Shown in pieces: positions 23,526 to 44,458 of a stretch of 64,000 nt of DNA. The stretch's first letter is position 1, and each line of letters starts with the position of its first letter. The notes beneath the pieces were generated by a model. The model worked only from the letters and a program-made list of their open reading frames with translations. It ran no database searches and had not been told where the DNA came from. Made by a program: the position numbers and the translations under genes. The DNA is from Chrysomallon squamiferum (taxonomy: Eukaryota; Animalia; Mollusca), in NCBI GenBank assembly GCA_012295275.1, contig CM022672.1:13454001-13518000 (forward strand), read 5' to 3'.

Positions 23526-26500
23526 TGCTTGCACTAGTAAGTTCATACCTACAGACAATTTCATACAAATGTACCTTATGTAAATATGCATATCACAGTT
23601 AAAATATCCACAGTTTAAATCATTATATCAAATATTATTCATGCACTGTAATCAGGACTTTAACTTCTACCAATAACTAAATGTCAATAAGCAATAAAAA
23701 TATTTGTCAGGTCCCATTTTTTCCAAATCTGCACAGTGCATTTCTTCTGGGTGCCATTTTTTCCATACTCATCAAACTATGTCTAAAGTATTCTTAAAAT
23801 GTAGGCATAATGATTTAAGATATTAATTTGAAAGGATAAAAACTAAAATAAAAAAAAATTATTTCATCATTTGGTTTTTATATGAGTTTGTAAGTGTTTA
23901 TATAAGTGTGTATGTTTGTTTTAATTAATTTTTATAAATTCCTTGAAACAAAGGCTAAGCAGAGGGATTTGTCTTAAATGTTTAAGTCATTAATATGTAA
24001 TTTTTTGTATTTCAGGAAAACTTGAAAACAGAAGATTATCGGCATGTACTGAATTTAGACATAACAGCACCAGACAATACAGTAATCTAATAATATTTAT
24101 TATTGCATTCATAAATCTAGTAATGTATAATATACTTTGAGGAAAGTATTCACAATGTTTAGACTACTAGCAGCAATGGAACTTTTTAAACTGTAAATGT
24201 GCTTAAAGCACACCATAATTCTTCTTTTCCACACTGGCTTCTTTTTCTTTGGTAGTTACAGCATTACGATACAATTCTTAAATACTGATTTTGTTCTGTT
24301 TAAAACTGTATTTATTTGGATATCATTTAGTAGAGAATTAATATTTAAAATATTAATCTTTTTTTTGTGTTATCCTTCTTAAATAAATCTGAATAGATGA
24401 AGTTAAAAATTATTTATTTAATTAATTTATTTATTTATTTTTTATTATTGGTTTTGTTTTGTCCTTGAGCAAACATTTTGTGAATCTTTTTCAATTTCTT
24501 ATTTCAGCATTTTGAGTTTGCTAGCTATGCAAGTTCAGTGTTTGCTGCAATCAGAAGGGCAATTGATGTCAATGAAGATAATTATTTACATTCAGTTGCC
24601 CCTGATCAGCTGCCCTATCTTGAATTTGTGAGCAACTCCAAAAGTGGGCAGGATTTCTTTTTAAGGTTATTATTTTTTCATATGTATTTTAAAAAATGTT
24701 ATTTTTAAAATAGTTTTTTTAATGTAATACAAATAACCACATTAAGTTTTTTTTAATTAACTTTATGATTGAATTTTTGGACGTTTATTTTGATTCTCAA
24801 ACAGACATGTTTTAAATTTATTAAATTATTTTGCATATGTTCAGTATTGATATAATTGTGCTAAAATGATGTTATCTTTTATCTTACAACTTTTTTCAGC
24901 AATGATCAACAGTATTTATTCAAAACTGACCGAAAGTACTGTGTAGACTTTTTTCTTGCTGTTATAGGGTAAGTATTCATATATATAATATAGTAAGTGT
25001 TTGCATGCTGGTGTTAGCTTTCACTTCACAATGCAGGCTGATAGATCAAAGACTCAGTTTTCTTCATGTACTCTTTTAGACAATTTAAAACCCACCAGTG
25101 TTCTGAGGCTGGTTCATTAAAGACAGATATTTATTTGCTGTCTGTAGGAAGGTATATATCAAAACATTGGGTTTCTTCTCTCGCATCGTAATTATACAAA
25201 TAATTGCTAATAATAATAATAAAAGTCTTTTTTTTTTATATATATATATATATATATATAAATGCATGTAAAAAATCCACAGCTGCTAACTGAAAAGAAT
25301 AAGCCCGAGAAATTGTATCACTAGAGATATTTTTTCTCATGTAGTCATTATAAAAAAAAAAATCTGATTGATATAGTTAATAACAAGATAACAAACCTGG
25401 CCACACCAGGTGAACCTAAAAGAGAAAATTTGGGGACCAATAACATCCCTTTGCTGGACAGCAAAATTTCTTGTGAAAACAGGACTGAGGCATGGCTTTG
25501 GGAACACAGAAGAAGAAGAAGAAAATACTTATAATAACTGTCACTAATAACATTTGTTGCTTTATCGTTAAATATGGATTTATTTTACGGAATGATAATG
25601 TTAGTGCACAGTGAAGAATTGATGGCATCATAACGTATTCTTTACTAAATTATTATATCATCAGATTTCTTTTATGTACAGACATACTTAATATTTGTTT
25701 TGTGTTATTCAGACTATATTATTTAATCATAATTATTGGCTCTTTCTTTCAGTGAATATCTTCATCATTTTTTAACCTATCCACATTCTTTGATTGTCAA
25801 ATTTCTTGGACTGTACTCCATTAAAATGCCAGGAGAAAGAAAGGTATTTTATTAATATTAAAAGTAATATTAATATTCTGTTATTGTTTTAACAAGCACT
25901 GGGAAAGTTATTATTTTTTTCAATTTGTAAATATTTGGAATCTTATTTTTAAACTTAAAACAAATCCAGTACATATCCAATTTATATGCATTTAATAAAT
26001 TAAAAAAAAACAAAAAAATAAATATTATTACCAATTTAAGAAAACAACAACACCCAAATAATTTAGTGTATAATTACATATATTGAAATGTGTCTAATAA
26101 ACAACACTCTATTTTTAGTTTTGCTCATTCAAAATGTCAGCAGTAAATATTATTATTATTACAAATTTGGATGCAGCATGAAAAGTAAAATAAATTATTC
26201 TCTATGTTGTTTATATTTAAGAATGCATTTTGTTTTCATAAATAATTAAAAAAAAAAAAAAAACATATTAGTATATTTTGGCTTCTGTTGTCATTTCCAC
26301 TGTTTTAAAAGTTTAAGTTTTACAAAGTTTGTTTTAATGTACATTGTTATGTTTGTAGAAATATTTCTTGGTGATGCAGAGTATATTTTATCCCAGTCAT
26401 CGTCTTGAGGACAGATTTGATATAAAAGGAGCCATTGCTGGGAGATACCAAAGAGTGAGTTAACATTTTTCACTTGTTATTGTTTAGTATTCTGAAAAAT

Positions 26501-29485
26501 CACTCCATGCTTCAAGGAACAAGGGTTTACTTTTTCACTTTGCCAGGACTGCAGTCATGATATACTTGGAATATTAATGCAGAACTATGATAACAGGTTT
26601 TCTAGAACAAATAAATTTGTTAATATAATAAAGAAGAATATCATTTGTATTTGTTAATACAGTAAACCTTGCCTAAGTCGTCTAAGTGCATAAGTTGTCA
26701 ACTTAGCGTAAGTCCCAATTTTTTGTAATGTTATTTCCACCTAAGTCATCACCTGATGCTTGGACCCACGTTACACAAACAGCAGTTAATTTCTATCTCT
26801 AAGTCATAAATGGGAAATCCCTTGAAACACTCTTGCACAATCTACCCACTATCACAAGTTATTGGCATGGATGTAGACGGGCGCTGTGCTTTGGGATATT
26901 GATATGCACGTGACTTGCCTCGTGTATATGTGCTTTGAATTAACTTGTGTGCTTTGGAAAGCGGCACTGATGATAGTGACTTTTTTGTTTTTGGTGTACA
27001 AACTAGTGGAAGGAGATGGCTAATAACCAAGGCTTACAAGGAGAAGTACGAAATAAATAAGTATTGTGAAGCCAGTCTTGGCAAGAAAAAAGTGTCTGAT
27101 GGCAGAGAGATTCAAGATACCCTGCACAACATTAAATGTCATTTTAAAAAACAAATCTAAAGTGATTGAGGCCCCATCGAGAAGATTGAATGATATTCTC
27201 CAGAGATATGAACCACAGGACATGAAAGCAGATTATTTTGGCATCTTCTATCAAAGAACATGCCAGCATAAACTGTCATTTTGCTGAATTACAAGTAGTT
27301 ATTATGATGAGTTACGTTTAAGTTGTCATTATGACAATTACTCATCATATCCCTAAGTCGTCAGAATAATTTTGGTCCCAAAAGTGACAAAATTAGGTGA
27401 GGTTTACTGTATAATTATTATACAGTTCTAATGGTGATTGTGTATAGATAAAAACATTTAAAAAAAATTAATTTCATTCAGTTTTTAGTGAAATCTTTTA
27501 AAATCTTTTTTTCCTTTCAGCCAAATCCTCCAGGCTGTAATGTAGTGACTGTTTTGAAAGACCAGAATTTTCTAGAAGAATCCATTGATATAGGTAACTT
27601 CATTCAGTAAACCTCTTCAGACTGATCACTGTATGATATGTATCTGCATGATAAAAAAAATGGCAAATTTTAGTTTATAATGTATCTACCTGTAAAAAAA
27701 TAACTTTGCAATTACAGCAAAAGATTACTGTCAAAAGATTTACAGAATTTACTTTTGTTCTGACACTTTCTCTGTTTATGAAATGAATTTTTAAATGAAT
27801 TTAGTAATTTAAGTAAACAGTGTAGTTAAGAAATTTGAATTTTGTTTATTTTGATGCAAAAAAACAAGAAACAGAAATTAATATGTTATCTTTAATTTAT
27901 TATCATTATTTTCATTATCATCATCATCGACATCATATTATTATTATATACATCACTATTGTTGTTATTGTTTATTATCATTATTATTATCATTATCATA
28001 TGCTGTTGTTTTTATTATTTTATTGTTTATTATTATTATTTATATATTATTATAATAATTATTATCATTACCATTATTTGTTGTTTTAATTGTTATGTTT
28101 ACTATTAAGGCCCCTCAGAGAATGGTTTCTGACACAACTGAAGGCTGACACAGACTTCTTGCGAGGTCTGTCAGTTCAAGATTACAGTCTCCTGGTGGGT
28201 CGGCAGCAACTTCATTGTGATGAAAGGAAGGAAACACTGCCAAATTTGGTCACACGGCTGAAAAAGTTAGAACTATTATGTTTAAGCAATAATGTTTTAC
28301 AAAAGAACTGAATAACAATAGTACTGTTCTGATTTTATAATATCTCAGTAATTTTGTGTGTGGTTGTTTTTGTTATTTAATTTATTTATTTGTCATTTAT
28401 ATGGAATTTTTTATTTCTGTAGAGCCATTTTTAAAATATGTTTTTAATTTATTCTTCTTAAATAAATATTATTTTTTTTTTTTATTTTTATTTTTTATTT
28501 TTTTAACCATTCCTAAAACATACTTATGATTAATTACTTTTTAATCAAACATTTTATATCCATTAATTTATGAGCTTTGGAGTTTTTATAATAATTTATG
28601 AAGTTTTATTTTTTTAAATTACCTTGTGTATAGTTTAATGGGTAGCCTGATTTTTGGCATTTGAATTTTATTAACATTTGATATGATTTGATATGATTTA
28701 TTAATATTGTTATATTTATTTATATTTTAAATTCTGAAATACTATCTTATTGTTTAATGACATTAACATTTAACTTTTGAATTACATTATTTATTTCTCA
28801 TAAATACTGTTTGTTTAGCATGTTCTGTCTGTTTTTTTTTCTTTTTTTTTTCGTTTAATATTCTGCTAATGATATTTTTATTGGACTACAATATATTTAT
28901 TTCTTTTCTAGATCCATTCCACTTGGGACATCACCAGAACATTCTGCCTTTCAGACATCTTCAGGCACCACCGACACTGAAATGAAGGAGATGCAGACCA
29001 TTCCTCTAGACGATGATGACCTTCAGACAGGAGATTTTTCAGAAAATGCACAAATCCAGTCAGTGGAGATAAAGGTCAGTGCTGCTGGGGAATCGGTAAA
29101 CAAACTGTCGTTAAAACACATTGTCCAGTCAGGTATCAAACCCAGTGATCAGTCATCAGGTGAACCAGCCAATACTATACCAATGGAACCAAAAATGTCG
29201 ATCTTGTTTCCACAGTCTCTCACTAACAGCTCATATCTTGATACCATTATGGGTTCATCCAACAGGCGTCTGCTTCCTAACTGCAAAAATGCTCTCCACA
29301 TCATCGATGGGCCAGAAACGAGATATTTTCTTGGCATCATTGATTTTTTTACTTTGTACGAATATCGACAGAGAGCTGGTCGTGTTTACAAGAATGTGAA
29401 ATACGGCTGTGGGGATCATTCCACTGTACCCCCAGGAGAGTACGCTGACAGATTTTATAACTTCATTTCAGAAAGAGTTAAATAA
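22731..29485 (+). CDS. PIP5KL1: Phosphatidylinositol 4-phosphate 5-kinase-like protein 1
   Basis: Exons 22731-22949, 24016-24081, 24508-24665, 24900-24968, 25753-25843, 26359-26454, 27521-27593/27606, 28110-28265 and 28912-29485. PIPK motifs [94 protein letters not shown] and [12 protein letters not shown]. The MQS.FYP and WFL.Q..DT.FL segments are PIP5KL1-type. The exon 7/8 junction is ambiguous (see findings). Confidence 0.9.
25395..25523 (+). mobile_element. Possible 3' end of a SINE/LINE-type retroelement with an (AAG)n tail
   Basis: GC-richer intronic island ending abruptly in AGAAGAAGAAGAAGAA. No internal promoter boxes recognised. Confidence 0.25.
26660..27409 (+). mobile_element. Internally deleted Tigger/pogo-family DNA transposon (750 bp) in PIP5KL1 intron 6
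   Basis: TIRs CAGTAAACCTTGCCTAA (26660) and reverse complement CAGTAAACCTCACCTAA (ending 27409), with TA target duplication on both sides. Frameshifted CENP-B/psq HTH remnant [11 protein letters not shown]...[26 protein letters not shown] at about 27035-27165. Confidence 0.88.
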
Positions 29486-30137
29486 TTATCAGTTTCTAGA
29501 TCAGTGTTGTAAAGTTTATTTATAAATCTCAGTATCGTGCCATTAATAGACTTCAGTCTAAATCAGATTTTTAAAAATTTATATTTATAGTTGTTTATTT
29601 GTTTTTAATACTTGATTTAGAATCACATGTCGATTATGAAATGTTTCTAACATTACTACCAAATTGACTCCACCATTAAATTAGAAATGTTAAAAAAAAA
29701 ATTAACACAAAAGACTAATGAGATAATTTGTTAATTTATCAGACTAATTAATTTTTAAAAAAAATGAGCCGATGATTAAATACAAAAAATAAAACATGCT
29801 TTGGAGAATGTTAAATTGATTTGAGATTTAATATAATAAATACAATGATGCAACTGACTGGACTTGTTAAAATATAATCTATCGTGTAATGTTGATTATA
29901 GTTAAAATTATTCTGGTTTTAGTTTAATTCTCTTATTCTGATTATGAAATCAAATTGGTTTTGTATTGTGTCTTCATATTATGACTTCATATTCTTGATA
30001 GGATGTATTTTATATAAGTGAATATATATATGTAATGAAACACAGGTCATCTACTTTACTAAATATACACACATGCATACACACATGAATCAATATATAT
30101 ATTTATGTATATGTATTCATGTACAAATGTATATATG

Positions 30138-30170
<33 letters not shown>

Positions 30171-31560
30171 CCATAAACACTCACATATTACAATTTTTAT
30201 GTCACACTTTTTAGATGTTACTTAATACAAGCCTATTTTGTATTTCTAAGCTGGGTTGTGTGTAACTTCTTTTATTTTAAATTTTCTTTAATTGGCAGCA
30301 TCATTTTATAAGTATAATTTTCTTTGGTTTTTATGTTAAATGGTTACATTAAAATGCGAAATGAAGAAAACCAAGATAATTTCTTGATTTGTGTATTATT
30401 TACATTATGCTGTGACTTGAAATCACCACTTTTATATTTTTTCAAATTTAATTTTTATTTTAATTTGACATAGATGGTTTTAAAAATGTTACTTTTTCCT
30501 ATGTTTTTAAATTTGTTTTTCATATCTTTTAAAAAAAATTTCTTAAATGAAATTTATAAAATATTGCTCTTATATATTAAATTCCTTTTTTTCTTTCTTC
30601 AAATTTTAATTTTATAAATTAATGTGCTTCTTCAGAAAACCTCATAACTTATTTCATTGGAAACTAGTGGAATTAGAAACATATAATTATCAACCATAAA
30701 TGATTAATATATAATAAATATACTTTATAATAATTAAATATTGTAAAAAAAGGTCTACACAATGTATGAGCATTTCTTAATATGCAGAATATTTTTTATT
30801 TCCCAAAATATTTTGAAAATGTTGCAATGAAAATATACAATTGTGAACAATGATATGCATAATAACACTTTCTACATTTTTTTTATTAACTTTGCAAACA
30901 AATTTCTTTTAAGGTTTTTGTTTTAATAATTTTCTTAATTGATTTGTATTTTATGTTTTTATTCTTCAGAAATACTTTTAACTAGAATCTGTTTCATAAT
31001 AATATATAAAAGTTGTTTTAATTGATAATTAGTAACAATTCAGTGCTTTCCAATTAATTAGAATGTTTAAATGAATTATAATTTAAAAACTCCAGTGAGC
31101 AGCTTGAACTAGTTTCAAGTTCGGTTTCTTTTTATTAGTTTATTGTCTGGCTGTAAGTTTTACAAACACTGGTCAATGTTTTTTGGATTTAACTTTTGTT
31201 TTTATATTTTTTCCTTTTGTCTGCTCAATGTACATATATATTTTTCACAAAGACTTTATTTTTTTCAGTTTCTCTCTGCAGAAACGTCTTCATAAACATA
31301 TTAAAAAGTGCAGTGTATCTATAAACTTGTATATCAATAAGAGATTGGGTGAATTTTGTCAAATTTTCAATATCAAAAACAAATGAATATCAAAAAATCA
31401 TTTTACAAATTTATCTAACTGAATACTTTTTATTCTTGATATTAGCATACTAAAACTGTGATAGTTGTTTTTATATTTTTCATTTTTATTTTATTTTTTA
31501 TATTCCATTTACATTTTCCAAAACAATGCTTGCAGCCTGAATTGAAACTATTGCTTGATC

Positions 31561-31625
31561 CAGTGGTTCCCAAAGTGGGTATGATATTGCCCACCTGGGG
31601 ATAGAGGGGGATTTCCTGGGAGCAA
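31561..31625 (+). mobile_element. Possible hAT/Charlie-type terminal fragment
   Basis: Begins CAGTGGTTCCCAAAGTGGG, resembling hAT-Charlie MITE termini. No matching second TIR found. Confidence 0.3.
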
Positions 31626-34109
31626 ATAAAGAAAATTTATCTGAAGTTTCTCCCATCTTTCACTCAGTGTGTTTTGTTAATTTTTTTCATACTTTATTAT
31701 TATTATTATTTTTTTTTTTTGAATAATTTGTCAAATGTTTTTGAGAATAGAGGGATCTGGAGATGAACACACGGAATCAGTGTGTTGGTCAATAATAAAC
31801 ATTTTGGAGCCACTGCATTACACAGCTCCTGTAATTCACAACAGCTGACTTGCATTTTACCAGTGACCTCTTCAGTATTTATTCCAGTTAAGAACTGGCA
31901 AATGTTAACACTATTTTTTGAAGGCATAATTTATGCTCATGTCATTTGTTTTGATTTCTGTCGGTTATCTATGGCGGCTGGAAATTGCTTTGTTATTTGA
32001 CCAACACAGAATCTTAACAGAAATTTTTACAGTCTGTTAAATGTCACTGAAATCTAATTTCTGTAGAACTAATAATGAAAACCATTGTATCACATGTATT
32101 TTTTTATTCTTATGGGCTTATGAAATTTAGTATTTTTTGAAAGTTCCACAGATAATTGCAGGGCAATTTTCAGGGACAGATTCTAGCTACTCTTTTGTTC
32201 TTAAGAGAAATATTCAACAAAATTTCTAATTTACATGTTATTTTAAATACATGCATGTAATATGAGTGGTTTAAACTCGAAAAAGATGGATTTTACAATT
32301 TTTAATTTTTTTACTTTAAACTATATCGAAGATGATTTAACCTTTTGTGTGTGTGTGTGTGTGTTTTTTAAAAAAGCTTTTGGAGTTCAGATACTTACAA
32401 AAGTTATTAGATATTTGTTTTAATTATAACAATGTATAAATATAACTGATTTTTTTTAGATCTGACATATAATGCCAAAATGTCACTTGTCTTTGTCTGA
32501 TCTTGTTTTGTACGTTGTAATGAAACTTTCAGGGAAAGGTAATTTTAAATATTTAATGCAGCTTTGAACTCTGTTTGCTATATTCCACAGTATTAACCAC
32601 TGCTTTTCAGGAACAAAACCACTGAAAGTTACAAAATCCAGTTTTACATTTTTATTTCAATATATTTTTTTAAAATTTTGTTTCACTAACTTTATCCGCT
32701 GCTGAATCTCTTTCTGTTACTGGATATCTGATTGCATATGTTTCTATATGTGTGTGTTTATATACAAATACCTCATTTTTGAAATACAAATCTTTCTTTA
32801 TTGGGCAAACATTTTTTAAATACATAATTGAAAATTAGGTCCCTGTATTGCATTTATTGTTTGTAATGTTTTATATTTTACTTTATTCCTGTGATTGTAA
32901 CTTTATCTTTTTCATTCCATGTGTGTTTTGTTTGACTTTTTATATTTATTTTAATGCTTTTAGTAATTACAATAGTTAATCACAATTTAAATATTTTGAC
33001 ATTAAATTTCATTCCTGCTTTTCATAAATATATAGTTTAATACTGGTGATCTGTGAAGCTTTAACATAATGTGATTTATTATTTTATTTTTTTAAAATAT
33101 ATATTGTAAATTACATTTTTTATAAATTTATTTCTTAATTCAGTATTTACTCTTGGAATTCTAGACGAGACTTTTCATTTATTTTTAATTTAGAATTTAA
33201 TTTAGAATGCAGTTAAATTGTTTTATACTTCAGTTCTTTTAAGACTAAAACCTATTTTATCTGACTGGATTCAGAAAAAAAGAAATATTTAATGACTTTT
33301 TAGGATATTTTAAAAAATATTAACACATCAAGTATCAGTCAGTTGTTAATGATGTTGGCAGCATATACTGATTAACAGAAAGGATTCCATTTTACACTGT
33401 TTAGTTCAGAAGGAAAAAACTGGGATGTCAGAATTTACTGGAATTGTTAAATGCTACTCATTTAACAACTATTTAAGGAGTTTAGTTTTAGAAATAGTTC
33501 AAATTAAAATATTATAAAAGTTTGATATTAATCAGCTTTATACAAGTTATATATGTATGTAATGCTTCACCTTGCTATATGATCTCAGTTTTTATTTTTA
33601 TTGTATGACGTGGAAGGTCAGAAAAACTAGCATTGGATTTAGAAAAAATTTCTTTGTTGTTTTGATCATTTATATCTTTTTCTACACTAATTTTTAAATA
33701 AATATTTAGTCTTATCAGTGCTTTATTATTTTTTTCTAATGCATCATCTGAGTGTAAGGATCTGTTTGTTTTAGATTTCTCAAATGAATTGGATGAATTT
33801 AAAATTTTACGTATATGACAAAGCATGCTGCAGCTATTGCTCTAGTATAGAGTAATAAGAGATAGCATGCGTGCGTGTAATGCATATGTATAAAGTATTT
33901 ATAATAAAATAAAAAGTAAACATCACAAAATAGAAGATAATCAATCTGTAATACTGCCAGTAAAATTACTTGGAAATAAAATAAGCGTCAAAAGCAAAAG
34001 AATTTATTAACACATTTAATACGGCATTAGCTATAATAAAAAAGTTACATATCACAGTATGTAGCATTTAAAAACATTTCTATCATTGTGCAAAACATAA
34101 CATTAGTAC

Positions 34110-34790
34110 AAGGATAACTCAAACAGGTAATTATTATATAATTATCTGGGCAGCTTTTTATACACAAATAATTATAAAAAAAATAAATAGCTAAAATCTT
34201 ATAATACCTGAAATAGGTAATATGCAAATACTGCTAATCCATATCTTCAACATCTGAAACAAGTAATATGTTATTTTCTGGACTGTTTTAATAAACAATA
34301 TTAAAAAAAATCTCTAATGTTGTAACATACTATGATATGACCCAGTTTAATACACAAATAATTCTAAACCATATCTTGAATATCTAAACAAGTAATATCT
34401 TATTACTTGAACCAGTTTAGTAAATAATTATAACAAAAATCTTGTAACAGCTGATACAAATGATATACTATTACTTGGACTGGTTTAATACACTAACAAT
34501 TCTAAACCATAACTTCAATATCTGAAACAATTAATATCTTATTTTTTCAACCTGTTTAATAAATAATTCTAACAAAACTTTTGTAATGGATGATACAAAT
34601 CATATACTACTATTTTGGCCAGTTTGATATAGAAATAATTCTAACAAACATCTTACAATGTCTGAAGCAGGTAAATATGATTATCTGTGCCAGTTTAATA
34701 CATTAATAATTTTTTGTCAAAATCTTCCAGTGTCTTAAACAGTTAATAGTAGTTTGTTGACAGGCTAGTTTAATACATGAATAATTAAGA
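34110..34790. repeat. Degenerate AT-rich minisatellite, monomer about 68 bp with a dimeric period of about 135 bp
   Basis: Recurrent CCATATCTT.AA.ATCTGAAACAAGTAATAT..TATT...GACTGTTT.ATA units starting near 34238, 34369, 34508 and 34645, with diverged alternating half-units. Confidence 0.75.
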
Positions 34791-36957
34791 TTTAAAAATA
34801 AATATATTTTTTAATTATTATTATTTTTTTTAAATAATAATAAATCAAAATACTGTCTTCAGTAAAATCAGTTAGTGGTTGTATTGCTCCTGGGGGAAAA
34901 AAAAAACGGCCAAAAATTCTAAACAGATATAGATGGTAATTTTTCTGATCTACATATTTAAAGAATGACTCTTTAACAATGATTTATAATTCACATATTT
35001 TTGTTTCTTAATTCTCCTCAAAATTCCACTGCAAAAACAAAACAAACATACGTTTCAAATACATCTGTACTATTTTTCTTAACATTTTAAATACTTTAGT
35101 GTTCTAAACATATAAAAATCTAACAGTTCGAATAAAAAAAAACTTATTTAGTTTGTTTAAATAATTTCTTTAAAATGTAACACAAATGCACCAAAAGTGA
35201 GAATGACTTGTAAAATGTTTAGCATTTCTTATTAGTAAATACCAAGTCAAAAACAACAATATGAATAAAAAGAATCTTATAAAACAATTAAAAATGTTAG
35301 TTACAGTAACACAGAAACTTGCCATGGTCCAATCACTGTTTTTATAGTTTTTAATGGATATGATGATGATGATGATGATTATGATGATGAACTGGCATTA
35401 AATAATTATTCAGAACACAACACGAGAGCTGCTATGCATATTCAGCAATTCTAAAAACACTTTTACAAAAGATCTGAAAAAATCCCCACCCAAATTTCGT
35501 AGCATAAAACAGGTTAGAGGTGGAGTTTTCAATAAACACTGACTGCTTTTAAACATTTTTTATACTGTCTACTCATTTATGTTAGTTAGGTCTTAGAGAG
35601 GAAAATGTAAATTTTATTACTTATAAATTGACAGTTTGTGGCTTTTGATACTAACTTTAACAGGTGGAGTCTGCTATAACAAAATACATTGTTTCATTAA
35701 TTTATTTTTTAATTAATTCTAAAATTAAATATTTTAATTTTTTTCACACAGTAAGTATATACTATTGCTTTCTTCGAATGTCAAAATGAAAAAAATTATA
35801 ATAAAATAACAATAATAACAAAATAAAATGTATGTGTGTATGTATGGATTGTACGTATGTACATGTATCCTGCATAATCCTATAAATAGTGGCAAGAAGA
35901 TGACTAGATAAATTTCAATAGCTTTTTGGGACGGAATTATTTTAATTTGATAAAATACTTGTTATTTACATACACACACAAACATATTTATTGTTCTTTA
36001 GTGTTCAGTTGCTGGTTTAGATCTTAAAAGACCATTTTAAAAATTTACAAATAAATTGCTGTTATTTAAAAAACAGTTTCATTTGATGTATAGTTATTGT
36101 AGGCATCAATAAAATCAATATGCATGAATATTCTATCTCTTGAGATTGGTGAGTTAAGAAATAAACTGTTAATTTCAGTAAATTATTTACAATTGCAGAT
36201 TAAAGGCAGTAATGATTACTGTCTTAAGGCATCAGCACAGGTCAAATGTCAACTTGCAACCTGGCAGATAGCTGCACTTGTAATTCTAACCTTCACACAC
36301 AGGGAATAGCTCGTTACATTATATACATTTCTTCTCTATCTGAAACACTGAAATAATTATTTTGCTTGTTTTGGGTTGTTTTTTTAATTAAATAAATAAA
36401 AACATTTCTTCATACCTTCAGAATAATGAACAGAATTTATTCACTCTGTTCTGGTCTTATATATATATATATATGTACCATGTTTGAAAATAACAACAAT
36501 ATATTGGTCAGTAATACTGGACACAAAAAATAATTATATAATTAGGATAAAATGTAATGACAAAATATTTGAATATAAATAAACAAATAAATAAAAACTT
36601 AACAGCAACAGCTGCATATAAATACACGTGATAAATAAATAAAATAAACTGAATGATTTGAAATGAGTGGTAGATTCGGTATAAAAGTATTAACATAAGA
36701 ATAATTGTACCAAACATAATTCTAAAATAAATAAATAAAAGAAATGATTCTTCAATGATGTAATGATTAGATTTTTATACTTAATAGTAGAAATCTTTCA
36801 TCTTAAAATATGTTATTAAATAAAGAGTCACTCATCCATTGCTACATGGATATGATACATATATTGATTATCATAATTTATCTTTGATTTTATTTTTAAT
36901 AATAATAATAGTAATAATAATTATTATTATTATTTTGTTATCAAAGTTTAAAAAAAA

Positions 36958-37014
<57 letters not shown>

Positions 37015-37240
37015 ATATATCTATATATGTTACATTCAAGCAAAAGTATTGCTAACACTACTTAGCTTTTATGTTAAGAAAACATTAAGAACCAATCATC
37101 AATCAAAGCAGGTTTTTAAACCAACAGCAAACCTATTGTATGACAGGGGACGGCTAGGAACATTTAACAGTTATCTTTGAATACATAAATTTAATTAACT
37201 ATGTGGACTTAACAGTAAATCACATGTGTGAAACAACAAT

Positions 37241-42978
<5,738 letters not shown>

Positions 42979-42999
42979 AACGTAAAACTGTGTACATCT

Positions 43000-43620
43000 T
43001 TATCACATCAACACAAGATGTACAGCTATAGCAAACTACGAGAAATAAAATGCTACTGGACGATTACTTCTGTGGCTTTCGCCAATTGTTTCGATCAAAC
43101 GAGACGCTTACCTGCGGTGATCATATTAAATGTTGTCTATGTTATATTTAAAATTTAACGCGTATTGTATTATCACTTCGAAGCATATTTACGTACTCAA
43201 AGAACTATTTACAAATAGAGAAATTGTGCTGAGCTGTAAAAATTGAGGTTAGTATTAGTGATATGTGTAAATATCCAAGAAGTTGATAAACAATTCTGAA
43301 TAATCACAATGCATCTTTCATCCACACGTTAAAATTTTACAGAAATATCAACAGACGACATACTGATTTAAAAACAACAGAAAAATGTTTTTCTTTTTCT
43401 GTCACATGATAACGTAAACATGATAACTGTAAAATAAAATAAATTTTATGCTGATTAGATTACAAACGTGAACTATTTCCCTTTGCTGGTACAACTATTA
43501 CACAAGCAACAATTAAGTAATACTCCTAAAAAGATTTATTTATAGGGTTTGGTTTTCCTGTTCTCAAGGCAAACCTAAATTATTTTGAATTAATTCCTTG
43601 TTTCGATAAAATAAGTAAGT
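43000..43620. promoter_or_regulatory. Probable divergent promoter region between WDR31 (-) and TRAF2 (+)
   Basis: Head-to-head genes. WDR31 ATG at 42978. Candidate TRAF2 non-coding first-exon donor GTAAGT at about 43615 and acceptor at 44411, before the ATG at 44459. Confidence 0.4.
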
Positions 43621-44458
43621 TCTCTGGGAATTTTGGGTATATATGAGAACATAGAACGTTAAGACAAAAAATAACAGCATAAGTAATCTAGTCACAAAAT
43701 GTAAGGACTCAATTCCAAGGGTATATATAGATTGATTAGACAATGAGAATGACTGTATGATGTATCAAAAAGGGTGATATTCATCTAAAAATAAGATGTA
43801 TAAAGTACACATTATGTGAAATGTTTAACTTTTGTTCCTCATTTTCAGTATTTGCCATTTGTACTTTTCATCATTATTCCTTCATTTTATATATTTTTGC
43901 ACCTGAATGTAAGGAAATAATTAATTTTACATTAGTTTTAATATATTATTATTAATAATAATGTATATACTGTTGCTATAATTGATTCAGATATTCAGGA
44001 GATAACTGAAATTAAGGTTATTCAGTTATAATCTTCAGTTTTATCGTTTTATCTGAAAACATTGGAATGAGGTGGGACTTTGAAAATAATAATTTTATGC
44101 CTAAGAGAGTGTCAAAATAATATGAATTTATACCCATAATTTGTCAAACTATATTCATCTTTATGATATCAGTGTATGAATTATTCTTTTAAAAGCTTAT
44201 TTCCATTCGGGATAGGAAACGTATATTTCTGTATTGGAAAGTACACATAAAAGGTTTGCTGCTGTTGATTAATATTTGTAACCCATGTAGAAGCATTGAT
44301 AACCTTTTTCACAATCACATTTCATTTCTATATGCTTCAACACCCGATAACAGTATTAAAATGTTTTAGTGAGTAAATTTAAATAAATATATTCATTCTT
44401 TTTTATTTCAGAGAAAAAGAATAATTCTTTGTGAAAAAAAGAAAAACGAAAAACGAAA

